Shown here: one piece after another, positions 17,901 to 25,900 of the stretch | How the letters are laid out: each line of letters starts with the position of its first letter | Numbering within the stretch: position 1 is the first letter of the stretch | DNA from: Coriobacteriales bacterium | GTDB taxonomy: Bacteria; Actinomycetota; Coriobacteriia; Coriobacteriales; CADBOM01 | NCBI GenBank assembly: GCA_050946255.1 | Contig: JBMNUL010000002.1 | Location: 1-50,896 of the forward strand | Length of the DNA: 50,896 nt | Direction of reading: 5' to 3' | Notes under the pieces: generated by a model | The model's database searches: none | What the model was told of the DNA's origin: nothing | The model's input: only the letters and a program-made list of their open reading frames with translations | Translations under genes and position numbers: made by a program

Positions 17901-17929
17901 AGTATATGGCACTCGGTCGATAGTGTCGA
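17901..17929 (-). promoter_or_regulatory. Candidate sigma-70-type promoter of the infC-rpmI-rplT operon
   Basis: The minus strand reads TCGACA, then a 17-nt spacer, then TATACT. This predicts a leader of about 190 nt. Confidence 0.5.
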
Positions 17930-17969
17930 GAAACATGCACGCGAACGGTGCAGACGAGCATGCAGCACA

Positions 17970-18044
17970 GGTAGCCGCGCTGGCACGCAGCAAAGGTGGC
18001 CGCGCTGGCACGCAGCAAAGGTGGCCGCGCTGGCACGCAGCAAA
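17970..18044. repeat. Three head-to-tail 25-bp direct repeats (ggt[a/g]gccgcgctggcacgcagcaaa)
   Basis: The copies lie at 17970-17994, 17995-18019 and 18020-18044. Copies 2 and 3 are identical and copy 1 differs at one base. Each contains an imperfect 16-bp palindrome, GTGCCAGCGCGGCCAC. The array is intergenic, just upstream of the candidate infC promoter. Confidence 0.9.
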
Positions 18045-18046
18045 TT

Positions 18047-18075
18047 GCGAGGGGGCGCCAACGGCGCCCCCTCGC
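18047..18075 (-). terminator. GC-rich hairpin, candidate terminator of the S8 protease gene
   Basis: The arms gcgagggggcgcc and ggcgccccctcgc form a 13-bp perfect stem around an aac loop. The trailing U-tract on the minus strand is weak (AAUUUGCUG). It lies 156 nt downstream of the protease stop. Confidence 0.45.
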
Positions 18076-18230
18076 GAGCCAGGATTCCCGAGCACACAGA
18101 CCTTCCGGCCAGCTCCTCGATCATCCTTGTATCTCGAGAACCGTTCTGCGAACCTCAACTCGGTTTCCCCGATCTTCGGAATTTGCCTTGCAAGGCTTCG
18201 GCAGAGCGGCCATGTTCACAGAACCTCTTC

Positions 18231-21200
18231 CTACTTGGCCATCTCCTCGATCTTCGCAGCAGTGCCATCAGACACCGCACCCGTTCCCCCGAGAATATAT
18301 CCGGTTGAGATGCTCCCGGAGTTCTCGGACAGGAGCTCGCTGGCCTTGTCGGTGCTGCTGCTTGAGGTAAGGAGCATGATCGAGTTGTTCTCGCCACACA
18401 GCGGGCCTCCTGCGAGAGCATCCGGATAGTTGGCCCCAGACGCCACGGCCATTTCGTCACAAGTCATGCCCTGAGCGATCTCCCAAGAGGCAACTGCAAC
18501 AGAAGTGGCGTATCGATCAGCACCGGCTAGACGGGTGCAGCCTATCGAGGACAGGTCGGTCTCCACCTGAGACGATACTGCCTTCTCTCCACCGAGCACA
18601 AGCACTTGCTCGAAGCCGCCGTTCTCTATCGCCTCGGTCTGCTCCTGTGTGAGATTGCCGTCGGAATCGGTGACGAACAGAGGAGCCTTTGCAGCATAGG
18701 CATATGGGCTTATCGAGAGGGAATCTGCGAAGTTCGAACCCGATGCCACGATTGCGACATCACCTGCTTCATCTCCCAAAGCCTCGTAGACCGCCATGCC
18801 CGTCAGCTGCCTGTTGGAACCTGACAGGCGAGTGACCTCTGGTGAGCTCTTGAGAGACTTTACCTGCGACTCCACGTTCGAGGAAACTGCCGACTTGCCG
18901 CCAACGATTATCACCTTCGACGGGAGGAGCCTGTCTATCTGGGCCTCTGCTTCGGGAGAAAGCTCTTCGGCCGTGGTCGTGACGATTGGAGCGGCTTCCA
19001 AACCGGCTAGGGCAGACGCCGTTAGGGCATCTGGGAAATTCTCACCGGAAACGAGGACCACTGTTCCACCGATCTGGTCGAATCCGGTGGATACGATCTG
19101 CGCCATCGTGGAGTAGCGATCGGAGCCGGAAAGTCTGGTCCAGCTCTGGTTCTTCAGAACCGTCACCCTGCAAGTTGCGTTGATTCCACTCGGGGTCTGA
19201 ACCGTGATAGTGGTGCTGCCGGGCGTGATGGCCGCCAGCTCGCCGTTCTCGTCCACTTGGACGATAGATGGCCTTTCCGAGCTCCAGGTGAGGTCCACAT
19301 CGGCGGCGTCCGTCGGGGTCACGGTGGCGTTCAGCTTGGAGGTCTTGCCCATGGTCATCACCATAGATGTCTTGTCCAGCTCAACGCCCGTTGGGAACAC
19401 TCCGGAAGCGGTTTGCTTTGCCGCATCGAAATCGGAAACGGCATTGTTCAGAGTCTCTATTGCAGCGGCAACTTCAGCTTCGGTCAGAGGAGTCTCCTGA
19501 AGCACGGACTGAGCTGCGGCAATCGCGATGGAGAATGCGGAGCTGGTGGTGGGGCTCACATACTGAGTTCCCTTGTCCAGACCCGATCCGTCCACAGAAA
19601 CTGGAGTCGAGCTCTTGTCGGAATTGGCTGCATCGATGGCTTCCTGCAGAGAAGTGACATCGGCGCTCACGATATTGAAGCTGCCAGTTGCCAGCCCTGC
19701 ATAATCTCCCAGACCGACTATGGACACAGTGGCCTCGCCAACCTCGACGTTATTGGAGTAGCCGACCGTATAGTCGACGTCTTTCGTAAGAGCCTCGCCA
19801 TCTAAAGTGACCTCCACGGTGGGCTCGATGGCCTCACCCGTATAAACCTGGTCTGGAATCTCGGCGATGGTGGCATCCGAAATGCTGTCGAGTGCCGGCT
19901 CGAGAAGACCGACTATCTTGGAAACCCTGTTCTTCTCGTCAGTGGAAAGCGCCGACCCGCCATCTACATAGGTGACGGTCGTTAGCTTGCCGGTAGTGAT
20001 GTCCGAAAGCGCGGTGACCAGGCCCTCTTCCTCGCCTGGTGCCACGAACACAACCGGCATTTTGTCGTATCCGGCAATCGAGGCGGCCTCGAGCGCCGCA
20101 GTGTAGTCGTAATCGCAAACATAGAACCCGCTGTCGACGAACGCACCGTCCGCGATTCCATCGGATGCTAGCTGGGCGCTCAGCAGATAGGGATCCGTCT
20201 GCGTGTAGCGCACGATCATATCAGACGAAATCCCGGCGTTCACGAGCTGGGTCTCTACATCGGAGCTCACCGTGTCGGTATCGCCGAAGATCATCACGCG
20301 GCTGAATCCGCCATTGCGCACGATCTGCCTGCTCTTGGAGCTCAGTGCGCCTTTTGAATTGGTGATGAGGACAGGGGCCTTTGCAGAATATGCGAACGAG
20401 CTGGCCGCGAGTGAGCCCGAAAGAGTTCCGGAATCCGGCATCACAATGCAGGTGTCTCCCCAATAGGAAGCCTGAGCATCGTAGATCACCTCGCCAAGCT
20501 CTGTTCCAGAGGCTCCGTTATAGCGTGTGATGGTGGCATCGGGAGCAAGCGTCTGAATCTGCGTGCAAACGTCTTCGCTCACAGCGTTTGTATCGCCGAC
20601 CACGTAGACGTTTGTGGGATTGACTCCTGAAATCGCCTGCTCAGAAGCTGAATCGAGACCGTCCTGACCGGCTACCACGACCATGGCATCCAAAACGCCA
20701 GCCAAGCCGGTACCTGTAAGAGCCTCCTCGATGTCATCCTGCCCAACCACGACCAGGTTCTCGACCGAGGTCCCTGCAAGATAGTTGCGCATGAGCAGGG
20801 CATCTGCACTCTCAGACTGCGAGGCCAGGTTGTTGATCGCGGTCTTGCAAGTTCCCATCACGCTGTTGGAGGGCTCGCCCTCTATCTGTGTGGTGCCAAG
20901 CGTTGATGTGGGCACGACCCTGTAGAAATAGGCCTTGCCGGGTGTTGCCGTGGTGTCGGTATAGGTCGTCACATCACCACCGTCCACGCTCCCTATTTCC
21001 TCATAGGTGCTCGAGCTCATCTCGGCACGCATGATCTTGTAGCCCTTGGCCGCTGGTGCCTGCTCCCATGAGAGCACGACCTCGTCTGTATGATCGGTTG
21101 TGGCAGTCGGATCGCTCGGCATCACGATCTCGTTGATCTTTATCAGCGCCTTGCCCTCGATGGTCGCACCGTCGACGGTTGCAGTTGCAATGACCTTGAC

Positions 21201-22910
21201 CGTTCCAGCTTTCACACCTGTGATCACCCCGTTGGAGTCAATGCTGGCATCACCGGTCTGCGGCTCGACGGTCCAGGTCCAGCTTGAATCTGGAACACTG
21301 CTCTTGGTATAGCGGGCAGTTAGCTGCATGGACTCTCCACGGTAGACAGCCGAGGAATCCCTGACGATTCCCGCCCCGCCGATCTCGTTGATCATCTTGC
21401 CGGCGTTGATGCATCCTGCGCTTCCGCTGGTCTCGCGGCGGTCATTGGTTGGGTCGACGACCTCGTCTGCCGTGGATTCGATTGCAGCCACCACGTCATC
21501 TACCTGTGCATCGGGATTGACCGCCCAACAAAGTGCTGCCAGCCCGGCAACCAGTGGAGATGCCATAGAGGTTCCGGACATCTTTCCATAGGAACTCGTG
21601 CTGTTCTTCAAGGTGGAGTAGATGCTCACACCAGGAGCAGAGATGTCCTTGTACTCGTTGTAATCCGACCAGTAGGCGTTGGTGCCGTCTGCCTCGAGGG
21701 CCGTCACAGCAACGCATTCGTCCCAATCGCTGGGATACGACGGAATCGTCAAAGGCATTCCATTGTCGTCGCCGTTGCCTCCAGCACAAACCGTGATCAC
21801 ATCATAGTTGTCGCGGGCATTGATTATCTGGTCATGGAGTGCGATGTCATCGGAATCTGGGGTGGCATAGCCGCCCAAGCTCATGTTGACGACATGGATG
21901 TCTGTAACAGAGCCGTCGTCGATCAGCCCAATGAAGTAGTTATAGGCCTTCACCAGATCGGCAGTGTCGATCGAGGGATTATAAGTGGCGTTGTTGCAGA
22001 CCTTTATGGGGAGGATGTTGGCGTTGAAGGACGCGCCTGCTATTCCCTTGGCATTGTTTGTCACTCCGGCTGCAATTCCGCACACGTGAGTTCCGTGTCC
22101 GTAGTAGTCACCCGTGCCTTCAAGTTTCTTCCCGTAATAGGCATCATATGCATAATCGGTGAGGATGTTGTCGGCCAGATCCTCGTGATCGAGCGTTACA
22201 CCGGTATCGATCACGACGATCGTAACCGAATGTTGGCACATCGCGGTATCCCATGCGTCGAATGCGTTGGTGTTGTAGAGCCAGTACTGGTTTTCTTGCT
22301 GGGTGGAATCACTGACGTTGGCAGCGGGGTCGTCTACGGTCGTAGAGAGCAGCTGCGAACTTCCGGAAAGCTGCACGCCATCGGTCCCCTCTGTGGTGAT
22401 GTCAGTCGACATCGCGCGCTGTGCCGCAGCTTCCACAGCCTCAGGGTCAGGAACATAGCTGTCCTCTACGTTGTCATCGTAAAGATGGTAAATGTAGTTT
22501 GGCTGAGCATAGTCGACTCCCGGGGTGTTCTCGGCAATCTCTATTGCGGAGTCAACGCTCTCACCCTCTGGGATGTTCATAAGGGCCATGTTCCCAGAGG
22601 AGTCCTGCCCCTCTCCGATGTTCTTCTCGAAGGTAAAGCCCTTTGATTGGAGCGTTGTGCTCAACGACTCCGTGGAGTAGCTGGATTCAACGGAGTAACC
22701 AGAACCGGAAGCGGATTTGGACCCATCGAACGATACGATGATCTGATCCGGCTCCTCTCCAATCATCATCGACTCATCGGGTGAGGCTGATTCCCCGGTG
22801 CCGCCGTCGCTGCTCTCTTCTGCCAGCGCAGGCGCCGATGGAATCATCGACATCACCAATATCGCCCCGAAGGCCACATTGGCAATCTTCGAAATCAATT
22901 TCTTCCTCAC
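18231..22910 (-). CDS. Secreted cell-wall-associated subtilisin-like (S8) serine protease with Ig-like/FN3 domains and two CWB2 triplets
   Basis: A signal peptide is present (MRKKLISKIANVAFGAILVMSMIPSAPALA). The catalytic triad motifs are VVIDTGV (D235), HGTHVCG (H272) and SGTSMASP (S448). There are Big_2-like segments, an FN3-like segment and a FIVAR-like helical segment. The C-terminal 301 aa (nt 18234-19136) form three CWB2 repeats (RLSGSDRYSTMAQ...FPDAL...AP...GG..AVS). A degenerate second triplet lies at about residues 700-1010. The start is GTG with an AAAGGGGA RBS. Confidence 0.85.
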   Translation of the reverse strand: MRKKLISKIANVAFGAILVMSMIPSAPALAEESSDGGTGESASPDESMMIGEEPDQIIVSFDGSKSASGSGYSVESSYSTESLSTTLQSKGFTFEKNIGEGQDSSGNMALMNIPEGESVDSAIEIAENTPGVDYAQPNYIYHLYDDNVEDSYVPDPEAVEAAAQRAMSTDITTEGTDGVQLSGSSQLLSTTVDDPAANVSDSTQQENQYWLYNTNAFDAWDTAMCQHSVTIVVIDTGVTLDHEDLADNILTDYAYDAYYGKKLEGTGDYYGHGTHVCGIAAGVTNNAKGIAGASFNANILPIKVCNNATYNPSIDTADLVKAYNYFIGLIDDGSVTDIHVVNMSLGGYATPDSDDIALHDQIINARDNYDVITVCAGGNGDDNGMPLTIPSYPSDWDECVAVTALEADGTNAYWSDYNEYKDISAPGVSIYSTLKNSTSSYGKMSGTSMASPLVAGLAALCWAVNPDAQVDDVVAAIESTADEVVDPTNDRRETSGSAGCINAGKMINEIGGAGIVRDSSAVYRGESMQLTARYTKSSVPDSSWTWTVEPQTGDASIDSNGVITGVKAGTVKVIATATVDGATIEGKALIKINEIVMPSDPTATTDHTDEVVLSWEQAPAAKGYKIMRAEMSSSTYEEIGSVDGGDVTTYTDTTATPGKAYFYRVVPTSTLGTTQIEGEPSNSVMGTCKTAINNLASQSESADALLMRNYLAGTSVENLVVVGQDDIEEALTGTGLAGVLDAMVVVAGQDGLDSASEQAISGVNPTNVYVVGDTNAVSEDVCTQIQTLAPDATITRYNGASGTELGEVIYDAQASYWGDTCIVMPDSGTLSGSLAASSFAYSAKAPVLITNSKGALSSKSRQIVRNGGFSRVMIFGDTDTVSSDVETQLVNAGISSDMIVRYTQTDPYLLSAQLASDGIADGAFVDSGFYVCDYDYTAALEAASIAGYDKMPVVFVAPGEEEGLVTALSDITTGKLTTVTYVDGGSALSTDEKNRVSKIVGLLEPALDSISDATIAEIPDQVYTGEAIEPTVEVTLDGEALTKDVDYTVGYSNNVEVGEATVSIVGLGDYAGLATGSFNIVSADVTSLQEAIDAANSDKSSTPVSVDGSGLDKGTQYVSPTTSSAFSIAIAAAQSVLQETPLTEAEVAAAIETLNNAVSDFDAAKQTASGVFPTGVELDKTSMVMTMGKTSKLNATVTPTDAADVDLTWSSERPSIVQVDENGELAAITPGSTTITVQTPSGINATCRVTVLKNQSWTRLSGSDRYSTMAQIVSTGFDQIGGTVVLVSGENFPDALTASALAGLEAAPIVTTTAEELSPEAEAQIDRLLPSKVIIVGGKSAVSSNVESQVKSLKSSPEVTRLSGSNRQLTGMAVYEALGDEAGDVAIVASGSNFADSLSISPYAYAAKAPLFVTDSDGNLTQEQTEAIENGGFEQVLVLGGEKAVSSQVETDLSSIGCTRLAGADRYATSVAVASWEIAQGMTCDEMAVASGANYPDALAGGPLCGENNSIMLLTSSSSTDKASELLSENSGSISTGYILGGTGAVSDGTAAKIEEMAK

Positions 22911-22927
22911 GATTTCCCCTTTCTCAC

Positions 22928-22957
22928 GAGAGCGGGAGAAAGATCTCTCCCGCTCTC
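22928..22957 (-). other. Intercistronic stem-loop between the adhesin and protease genes
   Basis: A perfect 12-bp stem gagagcgggaga/tctcccgctctc closes a 6-nt loop. No U-tract follows. The protease RBS begins about 10 nt after it. Confidence 0.7.
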
Positions 22958-22977
22958 ATACGCCACATTTTTACGCT

Positions 22978-25900
22978 CTATTGCATGCAACCATCGATGT
23001 GGTTCTTGATGGTTTCGCTCGTGGCGCCTTTCCCACCGAAGAAGTAGAGCGTGTCGATGGAATCCTTGTTAGAGCTCACTACTTCACCTGCAGGCTTGTA
23101 GTTGGAGTCGCTTACCAACAACAGCATCGACTTGGACTTGCCCAGCTTGGACGATGCCGCGAGGGCATCCGGGTAGTTGACGCCCGTGGCAAAGCCCGCG
23201 CAATCATATGAGTAACCCCTGTTGGCTGACAGCCACTCGCAAACCTGCTGAGATGTCTTGTAGCGGTCCTTGCCAGAAAGCCTCACTGTGTTGGACAGGG
23301 AGTCCTGAGTCTCCTGGGACACGACGCCCTTCCCTCCGACAATGATCACGAGACTTGCGGAAGACGCTATCGACTGGGTCTTCTGAGTTGGAATGCTCCC
23401 GTTCTCATCAACCAGCAGGATCGGCACGCCGTCTCCTGCGGCATAGGGCGAGATTGACAGGGCATCGGCGAACTTCGCGCCGCTCACCAAGATGACCTCG
23501 CCGTCCTTCCAGACGCTGGTTCCGCCCTCTCCGCAAGTGCATCCGTAGTCGTAGATGGCCTCTGCCGTCTCGTAACGCGTGGCGCCCTTGATCCTTTCAA
23601 CGCTCAAGTTAGAATTCTCGAGCTGCCACTCCACGGTGCTGCTGACGGCGGCATTGCCACCGCAGATGATCGCCTTGGTGGCGCCGAGGCTGCGAATCTC
23701 ATCGAGCGTGGAGGCCTTGATGCTGTCCGTCGGCGTGAGGAGAATCGGATAGTCCAGCGCTCCGCTCAAGGATGAGGCAGCGAGAGCATCTGGGAAGCTC
23801 TCCCCGCTCACGATGATCACGCCCTCGGCGGATGTGTAGGTATCTGCCACCACAGCGTTTGCCGTCTCGTAGCGGTCGCTTCCATAGAGTCTCTTCGATC
23901 CCCTGACCTTGAAGGTGCCGGTCTCGCAGGTGATCGTGTAGTTCGAGGTAACGTCTTCGTCTCCACGGACAATCTTGACCGAGGCTGGGTCAATTGTCGT
24001 GGTATAGGATCCGAGCTCCTCGCCCTCTGAACGCGTAATCGTGCAGCTGCCTATTTCGTCGGTTCCCTTGAGCCCAGTAGCCGTTGCCGTGAACTCGGGA
24101 TCGGAATTACCGACCATCTTGGTCTGAGCTGAGGGGGCAATCGTCAAGTCAACCGGGGTGATCCTGAACGATTCGCTGAATTCCCCGCTGAACGAGCCAG
24201 TACCGGTAATCGTCACGAGCGCCAAGCCAGCATTGATGTTGTGTGAGTAGGAAACCGTGTAATCGGTGCCTGCCTCCAGGGCCTCGCCGTTGTAGGTCAC
24301 GTTGACCGTTGGCTCGATGGCCTCGCCAGTGTACTCCTGGTCTGGGATGTCATCGACAAGCACACCCTCGATTCTGTTGACCTCCCAATAGAGGAGCGGG
24401 GTGTCGCTGATGTTGATCTTGTAGTAATCGCCGAGGGTGCCGGCAAATTCCGAGTCGGTCATCTGGCTGAGCGTCATTACACTAGACGCTGTGTCGACCT
24501 TCACTAGACCGCCCTCGTTGTCGTCTCCGAACAACTTGTCGCAGCCTGTGTCGAGAGTGTAGCAGTTGGTGAGGGTGTTGTAGTCTGCGGAGGAGCTGGA
24601 AGCAGTTCCGCTGCCGGAAACTGCGCCGATGATACCTCCGGACCATGCTCCCTCGACGACCTCTTCGCCATCCTCTGCCACTACCTCGATGTTCGAGATC
24701 TGACCAGTGTTGTAGCAGTTTGCAATCGACAGGGTTTCGCTGCTAGATGAGGAGGGATACAGGAATCCCACGATTCCTCCTGCATGGGAGGTGCTGGAGA
24801 TGTCTCCCGTGTTGTAGCAAGACTCGATCTTGTTGGGAGCCAGCAGGTAAGCCACGATGCCACCGGCGTTCTTGCCGCCGATTCTCACGATCGTGGTATC
24901 TGCAGACTCGCACTTGATGTCCCCGTAGTTGTGGCATGCGGTGACGGTGGTGCCACCATAGCCCATGTACGCAACGATTCCAGCAACGCTGCCGCATCCG
25001 TTGATGTCGCACTTGTTTGCGCAGGCTATGATCTCGGCATAGTCCGCGCGGCCGACAATTCCAGCTATTCCGCCGGTGGAATAGGATGCGCTGGTGTTAT
25101 CGCAGGTATCGGTCATCGTGCCGGAGACCGTGACGTTCTTGACCACGGCGTGGCTCTCGGAAGTGCCCTCGACATATGCGAACAGTGCATGGAAACCACC
25201 GTCGGAAGTGGTGTAGTTGATTCCGCTGATCGTATGGCCGTGTCCATCGAAGACCCCGCGGAACGGCTTGTGGTTCGCACTTCCGCTGCCATACAGCCCA
25301 ATCGGGACCCAATCGGATGTGAGCTGGATATCAGCTGTGAGGTTCACCGTGTAATCGGCGTAGTCGAATCCGGAGTTGACCTTGTCTCGGAACGAGATCA
25401 GCTCTTCCTCGGTTGCGATGTCTATCACCTTGGGACCAGCGCTCTGAATCACGAAGGTCTTGGTGATGGTTCCGTAATATCCGCCTTTTCCAGTGATGGT
25501 GACTGTGGCATTCCCGACGCTGATGTTGTCGGCGTAGGAGACGTCGTAATCAGTGCCCTCCACCAAGGCCGTGCCATTGTATGTCACGGTGAAATCCGGC
25601 TCGATTGCATCTCCGGTTGCCGTCTGGTCGGGGATGTCAGATACGGTTGCCTTGGTGATGTCGAGCTTCGGAGACGGTGCCGATGTCTGCCAGAAGAGCA
25701 GCGGGTACCCGCCGCTGTTGTACTTGAAGATGTTTCCGGTGCTCGTGCTCGTGCCCTCTTCGATAGTTCCAAGGTACGTGGCGAAATCAGAGGCCTTCAT
25801 CTCGCTATCGGTCTTGATGATCCCCGTTGCGAAACCACTCGTGGTGTGAGCGTTCAGACCTTCGAGAGAATAGTTGTTGTCGGCGGTGAAAAGGGTGTCG

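Noticed and set aside
17970-18044. The 25-bp repeats considered as a CRISPR array.
   Set aside because: The repeats are contiguous with no spacers, there are only three copies, and no cas genes are in the window.
17705-18124. A 140-codon N-terminal extension of the infC ORF (track ORF 17111-18124).
   Set aside because: IF-3 homology begins only at ISAQETRINGEIR. The upstream stretch contains an intrinsic terminator, a promoter-like element and the 25-bp repeats. A good SD precedes the ATT at 17702-17704.
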